From: a bacterium
GTDB taxonomy: Bacteria > Patescibacteriota > Minisyncoccia > Sungbacterales > HO2-52-23
DNA length: 64,000 nt
Direction: 5' to 3'
Assembly: GCA_030697525.1 (NCBI GenBank)
Contig: JAUYPW010000013.1
Coordinates: forward strand, 2,293-66,292
Positions 46,869 through 55,758 of the stretch are shown here, piece after piece (the stretch's first letter is position 1; every line of letters begins with the position of its first letter). The position numbers were made by a program, and so were the translations under genes. The notes beneath the pieces are model-generated. The model was not told the origin of the DNA. It was given only the letters and a program-made list of their open reading frames with translations, and made no database searches.

Positions 46869-47842
46869 ATTTAAGATTTTTAATTGTCGGCCTCGGTTCT
46901 ATGGGAAAGCGGCGTATTCGTAACCTGCTTTTTAATGGTGAGAGTGCTATTACTGGTTTTGATATTTTGCCGGAAAGGTGTCATGAGGCAGAAAAAAAAT
47001 ATGGAATAAAAATAATAAACAGGTTTAAAAACATAGCACCAAAGGACTTTGATGTCATGATAATTTCTACATCCCCAGAATTCCACGGAAACTATATTCG
47101 GTACGCTCTTAAGCACAAAAAACATTTTTTTGTTGAGCATCCCACCAACGCTGATGGTTATAAAAATATTTTTGGAAACAAAGATTCTGATACGGTAAAA
47201 GCTCCTTCGTGCACTCTACGATTCTACCGACCTATTTTGGCGATAAAAAAAATAATTGAGGAAGGGAAGATCGGAAAAATATTATCATTCCAATATCACA
47301 TGGGGCAATATCTTCCCGATTGGCATCCGTGGGAAGATTATCGAAAAGTTTATTTCTCTAAGAAAGAAACTGGTGCGTGTCGTGAGATGCTTCCTTTCGA
47401 ATTAATTTGGCTGAATTGGGTTTTGGGTTCCAAAGTAAAAGAAGCTCGCGGTTTTATACGGAAAGTATCAGAGCTAGATATGAAAGCGGAAGATGTGGTG
47501 ACCGCCAGTGTGCTTTACGAAAATAACATAACAGGGAATATCATGATTGATGTTGTTTCCAGAAAACCTTTCAGAACCTTACGAATTATGGGTTCCAAAG
47601 GGGTTTTGGATTGGGAAAAATTTGATTCAAACTTAAGACTATACGATGCCAAATCCCAAGAAACCAAAACCATATCAGTGCCCAAAGGTCATCCCGAAAC
47701 AGGCTATGTAAATGAGGAGGAAATGTACCAAAAAGAGATAAAGGCTTTTCTTGACGCTGTTTACGGCAAGGCAAAATATCCTTTTACTTTTGAGGAAAAC
47801 TTATTGAATCTTAAGGTGCTTTTTGGGCTTCTGCGCAAGTAG
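46865..47842 (+). CDS. Gfo/Idh/MocA-family NAD(P)-dependent oxidoreductase
   Basis: The N-terminal Rossmann region is LRFLIVGLGSMGKRRIRNLL. The protein is 325 aa. Confidence 0.65.
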   Translation: MNLRFLIVGLGSMGKRRIRNLLFNGESAITGFDILPERCHEAEKKYGIKIINRFKNIAPKDFDVMIISTSPEFHGNYIRYALKHKKHFFVEHPTNADGYKNIFGNKDSDTVKAPSCTLRFYRPILAIKKIIEEGKIGKILSFQYHMGQYLPDWHPWEDYRKVYFSKKETGACREMLPFELIWLNWVLGSKVKEARGFIRKVSELDMKAEDVVTASVLYENNITGNIMIDVVSRKPFRTLRIMGSKGVLDWEKFDSNLRLYDAKSQETKTISVPKGHPETGYVNEEEMYQKEIKAFLDAVYGKAKYPFTFEENLLNLKVLFGLLRK

Positions 47843-47873
47843 TTACTTCCATTTTTAAGCAGGGGTTATAATA

Positions 47874-48145
47874 GGAGACCAGGATTCGAACTAACATCAA
47901 TTTAGTGAATCAATTCCCGTCCCAGATTCAAGGCGCGAGAAGCGAAGTGTATCTTTAGATACACGAGCGACGAGAAACGCAGAAGATGGGCGGGAATTGA
48001 TTCACCCGAAGGGAAGAGAGAATTTGGCCAATTTCTTCGTCACTCCTCGGAGAGGTGCTGGTCAGCACGATCTCCTTGTCGTTCCTAGAACTTGGCTCAA
48101 ATTCTCTCTTCTAAACTCTGATGCTAGTTCGAATCCTGGTCTCCA
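47874..48145. repeat. 272-nt nested perfect-palindrome element (22-bp terminal inverted repeats plus at least five internal perfect hairpins) directly abutting the neuB-like start codon
   Basis: The terminal inverted repeats are GGAGACCAGGATTCGAACTAAC and GCTAGTTCGAATCCTGGTCTCC. Internal perfect pairs are GTGAATCAATTCCCG/CGGGAATTGATTCAC, GTGTATCT-tt-AGATACAC, GAAGAGAGAATTTG/CAAATTCTCTCTTC, CCTC-gga-GAGG and GTGCTG-gt-CAGCAC. Confidence 0.6.
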
Positions 48146-48151
48146 AAGTAT

Positions 48152-49207
48152 ATGGCGCAAAGAGTCTTAAAGATAGGAAGAAAATTGGTTGGTTCAGGCC
48201 AGCCCGTTTTTATAATCGCCGAGGCTGGAGTAAATCACAACGGCAGATTGGATTTGGCTTTGCGGCTTGTAGATGCTGCGGCTGGTGCCGGAGCCGATGC
48301 TATAAAATTCCAGACCTTCAAAGCGGAGGGGGTTGTCACTAAAGGCGGAGAATTAGTTGCCTATCAAAAAAATAATATAAGAAAATTCAAAAATCAGCTT
48401 GACATGCTTAGAAGTTTGGAAATAAAAGAATCGTTCTACAAATCTATTATCAAGCGATGCGAGAAAAAAAATATAATTTTTTTATCTACACCGCACGGTG
48501 GTTTCCAGAGCGTTGATTTTTTAGAAAAGTTTAAGGTATCAGCATTCAAATTCGGATCAGGCGATATTACCAATCTTCCTCTTTTGGCGTATGCCGCGCA
48601 TTTTAAAAAACCGATAATATTGGGAACCGGTATGTCTAATATGCAGGAGGTGAGAGATGCCATCCGGTGCATCAAGAAAGCTGGTAATGACAAAATTGTA
48701 GTTCTACACTGTACCACCAGCTATCCCTGCCCACATGATGAAGTTAATCTTGCGGCTATGAGAAGTATGGCAAAAGAGCTGGATGTTCTGATCGGCTATT
48801 CAGATCACACCCATGGTATCCAGGCGGCGGTTATGGCTACTACCCTAGGCGCTAGTGTAATTGAAAAACATCTCACTTTGGATAAAAATTTTTCTGGACC
48901 TGATCATAAAGCCTCTGTTGAGCCAAAAGAATTTAAAGAGATGGTTGAATGGTTGCGTAATATACCAATCGTCTTGGGAAGTTCTTCTAAGAAGCCCACA
49001 GAACAGGAGTTGCTACACCGTCATCTGGTTAGAAAGAGTTTGGTTGCAGATAAAGATATTATGAAAGGAGAAATTTTTACGGAAAATAATTTAGCCATAA
49101 AACGTCCCGGAACAGGTATGATGCCGGAGCGATATTTTTCAATCATCGGTAAAAGGGCAAAAAGAAATATAAGTAAAGATACAATATTGAGACAAAATGA
49201 TTATTGA
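48152..49207 (+). CDS. N-acylneuraminate-9-phosphate / nonulosonic acid synthase (NeuB/LegI/PseI family) with C-terminal SAF domain
   Basis: VFIIAEAGVNHNGRLDLALRLVDAAAGAGADAIKFQTF is canonical NeuB. The C-terminal SAF/antifreeze-like domain is present. Confidence 0.85.
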   Translation: MAQRVLKIGRKLVGSGQPVFIIAEAGVNHNGRLDLALRLVDAAAGAGADAIKFQTFKAEGVVTKGGELVAYQKNNIRKFKNQLDMLRSLEIKESFYKSIIKRCEKKNIIFLSTPHGGFQSVDFLEKFKVSAFKFGSGDITNLPLLAYAAHFKKPIILGTGMSNMQEVRDAIRCIKKAGNDKIVVLHCTTSYPCPHDEVNLAAMRSMAKELDVLIGYSDHTHGIQAAVMATTLGASVIEKHLTLDKNFSGPDHKASVEPKEFKEMVEWLRNIPIVLGSSSKKPTEQELLHRHLVRKSLVADKDIMKGEIFTENNLAIKRPGTGMMPERYFSIIGKRAKRNISKDTILRQNDY

Positions 49208-50345
49208 TAAACAAAATAAAAAAAATATCGCCTATATCTCTGGCAGCAGGGCGGATTTTGGAATTATGACCCCCGTGCTACGTGCCATAAAAAATAGTAA
49301 AAAGTTAAATCTTCAACTATATGCTACCGGTATGCATCTTATGAATGATTTTGGCGGGACGATAAATGAAATAAAGAAAGAATTCAGTGGGGTAGTTCCG
49401 ATTAAAACTTGGTTTAAAGGAAATGAAAGAAAATATACAGCTCGTTTTATGGGTTCTTTCTTGGAGAAAGTGGTCACGGTATTAGAAAAATATAAACCCG
49501 ACTTTCTGCTTGTAATGGGGGATCGCCCGGAGATGTTTTGTGTTGCCTTAGCGGGTCTTTACATGGGGATTCCTGTGGCTCATGTCCATGGAGGGGAGCG
49601 CACTACAACTGTTGATGAGAGCGCTCGTCATGCCATAACTAGACTAGCGCATCTACATTTTCCCGCCACCAAAGAATCGGCAGAAAGAATTAGAAAAATG
49701 GGGGAGGAAAAGTGGAGGATAACAACAGTTGGGGCTCCTGCGCTGGATACCATCATAAAGGAAAAGCTACCGACACGTGACGAATTATTTAGGTCATTAA
49801 ATATAAACCCGGCAGAAAAAATTGCGTTAGTTACTTTTCATCCGGTTAGTGAAAAGTGGCGTCTGTCCGGTCAGCAAATGGGAGAAATTATGGCCGCAAT
49901 CAAAGGTCTAAATATGGTTACTGTGATTATCTATCCCAATACTGATGCGGGTAGTCATTTTATCATCAATGAAATAGAAAAAGAAAAAAATAACCCCAGA
50001 TTTAGAATATATAAAAACTTGCCGTACAAACATTTTCTTGCTCTGGAGCGGGAAGCAAGTGTTTGGATTGGTAACAGCAGTGCTGCCATGATAGAATCCG
50101 CTTACTTTGGCACCCCAGTTGTAAATGTGGGTGACCGCCAGCGCAACCGAGAAAGGGGTGATAATGTGATAGATGTAAGGTGTATAAAAAAAGATGTTGT
50201 TTCAGCAATTAGGAAAAGTATTTTCAAAGAAAAAAGATACGGTAAAAAAATATGGGGAGATGGACGGGCCAGTAAGCGCATCGTCAAAATCCTAGAGGAT
50301 CTAAAAATTACAAATCGTTTATTAGAAAAACAAATAACTTATTAA
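49197..50345 (+). CDS. hydrolysing UDP/GDP-N-acetylhexosamine 2-epimerase (NeuC/LegG family)
   Basis: AYISGSRADFGIMTPVL, GDRPEMF and HVHGGERTT are conserved motifs of the UDP-GlcNAc 2-epimerase family. Confidence 0.8.
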   Translation: MIIDKQNKKNIAYISGSRADFGIMTPVLRAIKNSKKLNLQLYATGMHLMNDFGGTINEIKKEFSGVVPIKTWFKGNERKYTARFMGSFLEKVVTVLEKYKPDFLLVMGDRPEMFCVALAGLYMGIPVAHVHGGERTTTVDESARHAITRLAHLHFPATKESAERIRKMGEEKWRITTVGAPALDTIIKEKLPTRDELFRSLNINPAEKIALVTFHPVSEKWRLSGQQMGEIMAAIKGLNMVTVIIYPNTDAGSHFIINEIEKEKNNPRFRIYKNLPYKHFLALEREASVWIGNSSAAMIESAYFGTPVVNVGDRQRNRERGDNVIDVRCIKKDVVSAIRKSIFKEKRYGKKIWGDGRASKRIVKILEDLKITNRLLEKQITY

Positions 50346-50350
50346 GTTAT

Positions 50351-50962
50351 ATGAAAGAAGTAATTATTATTGGGGCTGGGCAAAATGGTCAGGTCGTAAA
50401 AAATATTATTTCTCTGGATAAAAATACCAAAGTAATTGGTTTTCTTGATGATGCTAAACATGGCCGGGAAATTGTTGGCCTGGTGGCTGATTTTTTAAAG
50501 TTTAAAAAAAGAGGATGTGAATTTTTTATCTCCGTTGGGGATAACGAAGTAAGATCAAAAATTTTCCTAAAACTGCAAAAAAATAATGTAAAGTTTATAA
50601 ACGCAATTCATCCCTCTTCTTGTATAGAATCGTCAGCCAGCTTGGGCAGAAATATTATGATTGGCGCCTTTTCGTACCTTAATGTCAACTGCGTAGTGGG
50701 TGACAATACATTCATAAATAATGGTTGTATTATAGAGCACGATGTTAACATTGGGGCACATTGTCATCTAGCACCCGGGGTGGTTACGGCGGGCGAGACA
50801 GTAATTGGAGATAGGGTTTTTGTGGGTATAGGCGCTATGTTGCGGGATAGGATTAGAATTGGAAATAATTCTGTTATTGGTGCTGGTTCCAATGTTGTGT
50901 CTGATACTAAGGCCGGTGCAATGTATTATGGTAATCCGGCAAAATTTGTAAAAAAATTATGA
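50351..50962 (+). CDS. hexapeptide-repeat sugar N-acetyltransferase (NeuD/PglD/LegH-like)
   Basis: The N-terminal Rossmann-like region is VIIIGAGQNGQVVKNII...VIGFLDD, followed by LbH repeats (IGDRVFVGIGAMLRDRIRIGNNSVIGAGSNV). Confidence 0.7.
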   Translation: MKEVIIIGAGQNGQVVKNIISLDKNTKVIGFLDDAKHGREIVGLVADFLKFKKRGCEFFISVGDNEVRSKIFLKLQKNNVKFINAIHPSSCIESSASLGRNIMIGAFSYLNVNCVVGDNTFINNGCIIEHDVNIGAHCHLAPGVVTAGETVIGDRVFVGIGAMLRDRIRIGNNSVIGAGSNVVSDTKAGAMYYGNPAKFVKKL

Positions 50963-51456
50963 AGTACAAATATTGCTCGCTGTGCGGGAACACCCTGCGT
51001 CAGCGAAAAGACGGAAGGTTAGCCTGCACTAAATGCGATTTTGTTAATTATCAAAATCCTCGCCCGACAGTAACTGTTGTGGTTCTGCATAACAACAAAC
51101 TGCTTCTTACCAAAAGAGCCAGAGAGCCTTTCCAAGACTGGTGGGATTTGCCGGGTGGTTTTATTGAAAAGGGGGAGAGGCCGGAGGAAGCGGCATGTAG
51201 GGAATTGTGGGAAGAGACTCGACTCAAAATAAAAATAAAAAGTTTGTTTGGAATATACCCTGGAGTTTATCCCTCTAAGAAAGAACCTTTTTCAGTTTTA
51301 AGTATTGTTTATATCGCAGAGTGTAAAACCGCGAACTTAAAAGCTTTGGACGATGTTGCTGAAGGTAAATGGTTTGAGAAAGAAAAGATTCCCACAAAAA
51401 TTGCTTTTGACAGTAACCAAAAGGTTATTAAAGAATTCCTACGTTTATGGAAATAA
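50959..51456 (+). CDS. NUDIX hydrolase with N-terminal zinc ribbon
   Basis: The zinc ribbon is CSLCGN...CTKCDF. The Nudix box is GGFIEKGERPEEAACRELWEETRL. Confidence 0.7.
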   Translation: MKYKYCSLCGNTLRQRKDGRLACTKCDFVNYQNPRPTVTVVVLHNNKLLLTKRAREPFQDWWDLPGGFIEKGERPEEAACRELWEETRLKIKIKSLFGIYPGVYPSKKEPFSVLSIVYIAECKTANLKALDDVAEGKWFEKEKIPTKIAFDSNQKVIKEFLRLWK

Positions 51457-52124
51457 AGGATTTTGACTATTATTTTGACTTAAGTAAATTTGCGCATAAA
51501 AATCTTTTCGCTAACTGCGAATATGTATTTGATTTCTTAAAACATCTCGAAGGTTATATAAGGGCCAACCTGAATTCTGCCGTTTTGGGCAAGGTTTTAT
51601 CTGGAGCTATTGTTGAGGATAATGTGTATATAGGCAGGAACAGCGTGGTTCAACCCGGAGCTTGGGTACGAGGACCTTCTATAATTGGAGACAATTGTGA
51701 AATACGACATGGGGCTTATGTTGGGTCCAATACACTCACCGGTAACGGGGTTATTATTGGACACGCCTCGGAAGTGAGCAACTCTGTTTTTTTGGATAAT
51801 GCTCGGGCTCCGCATTTTGCGTTTGTGGGGCATAGTATATTGGGTAATCGAGTAAACTTAGGAGCTGGTACCAAGCTATCTAATCTTAAAATTACTGCAA
51901 AAGAAATAGAACTAGATAATATTAAAACCGGCCTTCTGAAGCTAGGAGCAATAATAGGGGACGACAGTTCTTTGGGGTGCAACACTGTTACCCAACCAGC
52001 GACGTTTCTTGGGAAAAAAGTTTTCAGTTATCCCGAAACTTTACTGCGAGGCTTTATCCCCTCCAGCACTATTATCAAACTTAGGCAGCAGCAGGAAATC
52101 ACACCATTTAATGAAAAGATCTAA
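51447..52124 (+). CDS. left-handed beta-helix (hexapeptide-repeat) protein, acyl/acetyltransferase-like
   Basis: Repeated [LIV]-G-x-x-x-x-[LIV] hexapeptides run through VYIGRNSVVQPGAWVRGPSIIGDNCEIRHGAYVGSNTLTGNGVIIGHASEV. There is no NTP-transferase domain. Confidence 0.5.
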   Translation: MEIKDFDYYFDLSKFAHKNLFANCEYVFDFLKHLEGYIRANLNSAVLGKVLSGAIVEDNVYIGRNSVVQPGAWVRGPSIIGDNCEIRHGAYVGSNTLTGNGVIIGHASEVSNSVFLDNARAPHFAFVGHSILGNRVNLGAGTKLSNLKITAKEIELDNIKTGLLKLGAIIGDDSSLGCNTVTQPATFLGKKVFSYPETLLRGFIPSSTIIKLRQQQEITPFNEKI

Positions 52125-53259
52125 TGGCAATAAAAAATATCCTCTGGCAAAGCCAAACATCGGCCGAGAAGAAATTGCCAATGTTACAAAAGTATTACAT
52201 TCCGGGATATTGAGTCTCGGAAATTTTGCAAAAAGATTTGAAAATGAATTTGCGAGAAAGATAGGAACCAAACATGCCTGTGCGGTGTCCAGCGGTACCG
52301 CCGGGTTACATTTGGCGCTACTTGCGGCAGGAATTAAAGATGGAGATGAAGTCATAACTACTCCTTTTTCTTTTGTGGCATCTGCCAATAGCATTCTCTA
52401 TGTTGGAGCAAAACCGGTGTTTGTGGATATTGAACCAGATACTTATAATATTGATCCTGAAAAAATTGAGAAAGTAATTACTCCAAAAACCAAAGCCATC
52501 TTGGTGGTTCATATATTTGGACAGGCCTGTAACATGACCCCCATACTAAGGATTGCCCAAAAACATAAACTGAAAATTATTGAAGATGCGTGTGAATCTT
52601 TGCTAGCTGAATACAAAAATAAAAAGACGGGTACTTTTGGGGAATCGGCTGTATTTGCTTTTTATCCTAATAAGCAAATTACCACCGGTGAGGGTGGCAT
52701 GATTATCACCAATAATCAATCAATAAACGCTCTGTGCCGATCTTTAAGAAACCAAGGCCGTTCTCCGGATATGAAGTGGCTAAACCACGAAAGATTGGGT
52801 TATAACTATAGGATGGACGAGATGAGCGCAGCTTTGGGACTTGCCCAGCTTGGCAAGGTGGACAAGATACTCAAAGAGCGAGCCAATGTAGCATACTTAT
52901 ATCACAAGCACCTGCTTCCGTATAAAAGTATTCTGTCAATTCCGAAAATTGCCGCACATAATACTCATACCTGGTTTGTATATGTGGTAAGAATATTAAA
53001 TCGCGATGTAGATAGGGATAAGGTGATTACTGATTTAGAAAAAATTGGTATAGAGACAAAACCATATTTACCATCTATACACCTGTTCAGTTTTTATAAA
53101 AATAAGTTTGGGTATAAAAAAGGCGATTTTCCGATAGCAGAGGAAGTAAGCCAGAATACCTTAGCGCTACCTTTTTATATAGGGATTAAAGAAAAGGATA
53201 TAATTAAAATAGTTGTAGCTTTGATTAAGGTTATCGAAAAAAATGGAAAAGGAATTTAA
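52111..53259 (+). CDS. DegT-family PLP-dependent aminotransferase (LegC/PglE/PseC-like)
   Basis: From MKRSNGNKKYPLAKPNIGREEIANVTKVLHSGILSLG.F...FE.EFA it shows typical aminotransferase class-V/DegT features. The ATG at 52111 overlaps the upstream stop by 14 nt. The longer ORF from 52009 is rejected because it lies wholly inside the upstream gene. Confidence 0.8.
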   Translation: MKRSNGNKKYPLAKPNIGREEIANVTKVLHSGILSLGNFAKRFENEFARKIGTKHACAVSSGTAGLHLALLAAGIKDGDEVITTPFSFVASANSILYVGAKPVFVDIEPDTYNIDPEKIEKVITPKTKAILVVHIFGQACNMTPILRIAQKHKLKIIEDACESLLAEYKNKKTGTFGESAVFAFYPNKQITTGEGGMIITNNQSINALCRSLRNQGRSPDMKWLNHERLGYNYRMDEMSAALGLAQLGKVDKILKERANVAYLYHKHLLPYKSILSIPKIAAHNTHTWFVYVVRILNRDVDRDKVITDLEKIGIETKPYLPSIHLFSFYKNKFGYKKGDFPIAEEVSQNTLALPFYIGIKEKDIIKIVVALIKVIEKNGKGI

Positions 53260-54262
53260 AGGAAAAAGAATTTTAGTCACCGGAGGAACGGGCTCTATTG
53301 GCTCGGCAATTGTAAAAGAGCTTTTGAGATATAAACCCTATCAAATTAGGGTTTATAGCCGTGACGAGACCAAACAGTTTGAGTTAAGCCACGAATTGGA
53401 TCCTAAAGCTCCAGTCAATTTTTTGATAGGCGATATTCGGGATAAAGAGCGTCTTAATATGGCTATGGAAAATATTGACATAGTCTTTCATGCCGCGGCC
53501 ATGAAGCATGTGGCTGCCTGCGAGAAAAATCCCTTTGAGGCGGTAAAGACCAATATCCAAGGTACGCAAAACGTCATTGATTGCGCTTTTACTAATGGGG
53601 TAGATAAAGTTATAGGTATTTCAACCGACAAGGCGGCCGATCCGACAAATGTCATGGGGTGTACTAAGTTACTAGCGGAGAAAATAATGTTGGCTACTTA
53701 TTTTTACAAAGGCAAGAAGAAAACTAGGTTTTGTTTCGTTCGTTTTGGCAATGTATTGGGATCACGGGGGTCGGTTGTGCCGCTTTTTATAAAGCAGGCA
53801 AAAAGTGGTGGGCCGGTAACAATTACTGACCCTGCCATGACCAGATTTTTTATGTCTGTGTCACAGGCCGTAAACCTGATTTTCAAGGCAACCAAACTAA
53901 TGAAAGATCGGGAAATTTTTGTTTTAAAAATGCCAGTAGCCAATATAAAAGATTTAGCTCTGGTAGTGGTGGATTCAATAAAAGCCAAAAATAATAGCGT
54001 AGACAAGAGAATAGAAATTAAGGTGATTGGTAAAAAAAACGGGGAGAGAGTGCATGAGAAGCTACTAACGAGAGAAGAATCGGAAGTTGCTTTAGAAACG
54101 GACGAAATGTTTGTAATAACCCCAGATTTAAGCGTGGAAAAAAACAGCGCAGGACACAATTCTTATTATAAATCAAAAAAAGCTAAAGTAAGGGAGTATT
54201 CTTCTAAAGATCAATCGCTTCTTTCTCCAGAGGCTATTAAAAAAATACTTCTTGAAATATGA
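53243..54262 (+). CDS. nucleotide-sugar (UDP/GDP-GlcNAc) 4,6-dehydratase, short PseB/LegB/CapD-like SDR
   Basis: KRILVTGGTGSIGSAIVKELLRY is the Gly-rich NAD(P) motif. The protein is ~340 aa, CapD/FlaA1-like. Confidence 0.8.
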   Translation: MEKEFKGKRILVTGGTGSIGSAIVKELLRYKPYQIRVYSRDETKQFELSHELDPKAPVNFLIGDIRDKERLNMAMENIDIVFHAAAMKHVAACEKNPFEAVKTNIQGTQNVIDCAFTNGVDKVIGISTDKAADPTNVMGCTKLLAEKIMLATYFYKGKKKTRFCFVRFGNVLGSRGSVVPLFIKQAKSGGPVTITDPAMTRFFMSVSQAVNLIFKATKLMKDREIFVLKMPVANIKDLALVVVDSIKAKNNSVDKRIEIKVIGKKNGERVHEKLLTREESEVALETDEMFVITPDLSVEKNSAGHNSYYKSKKAKVREYSSKDQSLLSPEAIKKILLEI

Positions 54263-55758
54263 ATGATCGGGTAGCTGACAACAAGGGCGCTTTAGCCAAA
54301 GCGATACACAGTGGCAAATGGATGTTATACGGCACAGCCACACAAAAAATCCTTAGTGTGGCCACTTTTTTTATATTGGCGCGTATTCTCACTCCAGAAC
54401 ACTACGGAATCATTGCTGTGGTATTGATGATTACCTCAACCACCAACCTAATGACTAGCCACGGGCTAGAGATGGCCATCGCTCAACGAGGTGTAGATGT
54501 AGAAAAATATTTGGACTCAATCTGGACCCTCAATATACTACGAGCTCTTGCGCTGGCCATTTTAATCTTTATATTGTCTAAGCCGTTGAGTATTTTTTTC
54601 CATATCCCGACCGCTGTAAATATTCTGCGAGTTGGTGGCCTGTTGTTAATTGCCATCCATTTGATTAATGTTCGTCAGATACACTTTGTTATAAATCTTG
54701 ATTTTAAAAAACTTTTTTGGAGAGATTTTGCCGGACAAATAGCTTACACAATTTCCGCCTTAAGCTGGGCTTTGTTTGTCCAGGCATCAGCCTGGGCGCT
54801 CTTGGTGGGGCATATGGCGCGCCAGATAGTGTCCGATGTGGTTACTTATATTGAATATCCTTGTTGGCCGCGGCTATCTTTCAAATTCCGCCCCCTTTTA
54901 AATTTTATAGGTTATAGCAAGTGGATTAGCGGCCAAGTTGTGCTGGACTACATAACTAATTTTATAGACCCAATTTTTGTGGGCCGTATGCTAGGACCGA
55001 GTAATTTGGGCTTGTACTCCAAAGCCAATGAGCTGGCTTCTACCGCTACCGCTACCCTTTTAAGCATTATGCGCAAAATAAGTTTTTACGCTTATAATAC
55101 TGTCCAGTCTGATCTGCAGAAAATTCAAAAAGGTTTTATCAAGAGTTTAGATGTTATCGGCTTAATAATGTTCCCGTTCAGTTTTTTAATTTTTATAGAA
55201 GGGGAGGCCATAGTCTCTATGTTATTGGGGCAAAGATGGTTATTGCTGGTTGTTCCGCTTAAAATTTTGGCTATAGCTAATTTTTTAGACTCAATATCAG
55301 GCATATTTAACCCAGTCTTTAATATTCTAGGAAAGCCAAAGATTAATGCTTATGCCACACTATTGAGATTAATATCGTCGTTGGCGCTTTTATATTTTGC
55401 CGCTAAATGGTGGGGCATGACGGGGGTTGCCGTAGCCATTCTGATTATGGCTTTTCTGGTTTTGTTGTATAATATTTGGGAATCAATGGCGCTCTTAAAG
55501 CTGGGGTGGCGAAAAGTAATGCCAAGTATTTTACAACCAGTGGTATCTCTCGTGCCGTTGTTTGTTTTATTTTTATTCCTACAAGAATCGATACACAAAA
55601 TAGAAAACGCTTATCTCACTGTTGTTTGGCTGATATTACTTCTTGCGATATACGCGATATCTTTTCTTTTATTGAGTAGATTTTTCAAGCAAGGGCCTCG
55701 TAACACAATAATAGATATACTGGCTGAATTTAAACACAAAGGAGATCTTATATCTTAA
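54259..55758 (+). CDS. wzx: Wzx-like oligosaccharide flippase (MOP superfamily polysaccharide biosynthesis protein)
   Basis: It has 12-14 predicted TM helices. The N-terminus (K..L...SGKWMLYGTATQKILSVATFFILARILTPEHYGIIAV) is typical of PF01943 flippases. Confidence 0.7.
   Translation: MNDRVADNKGALAKAIHSGKWMLYGTATQKILSVATFFILARILTPEHYGIIAVVLMITSTTNLMTSHGLEMAIAQRGVDVEKYLDSIWTLNILRALALAILIFILSKPLSIFFHIPTAVNILRVGGLLLIAIHLINVRQIHFVINLDFKKLFWRDFAGQIAYTISALSWALFVQASAWALLVGHMARQIVSDVVTYIEYPCWPRLSFKFRPLLNFIGYSKWISGQVVLDYITNFIDPIFVGRMLGPSNLGLYSKANELASTATATLLSIMRKISFYAYNTVQSDLQKIQKGFIKSLDVIGLIMFPFSFLIFIEGEAIVSMLLGQRWLLLVVPLKILAIANFLDSISGIFNPVFNILGKPKINAYATLLRLISSLALLYFAAKWWGMTGVAVAILIMAFLVLLYNIWESMALLKLGWRKVMPSILQPVVSLVPLFVLFLFLQESIHKIENAYLTVVWLILLLAIYAISFLLLSRFFKQGPRNTIIDILAEFKHKGDLIS

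Noticed and set aside
47874-48145. Possible tRNA gene suggested by GGATTCGAA / AGTTCGAATCC (T-loop-like) sequences
   Set aside because: The flanking bases do not form a T-stem (only 2 of 5 pairs). There is no acceptor, D or anticodon arm. The two copies are exact inverted repeats of each other 230 nt apart, so this is a palindromic element, not a tRNA.
48121-48342. 73-aa Cys/Arg-rich ORF overlapping the 3' arm of the palindromic element and the start of the neuB-like gene
   Set aside because: It is out of frame with the well-supported NeuB-family CDS beginning at 48152. Its composition is unusual and it shows no homology signal, so it is likely spurious.
52009-52110. Longer N-terminal extension of the second DegT aminotransferase
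   Set aside because: It completely overlaps the preceding LbH gene in another frame. The ATG at 52111 gives the typical DegT N-terminus.
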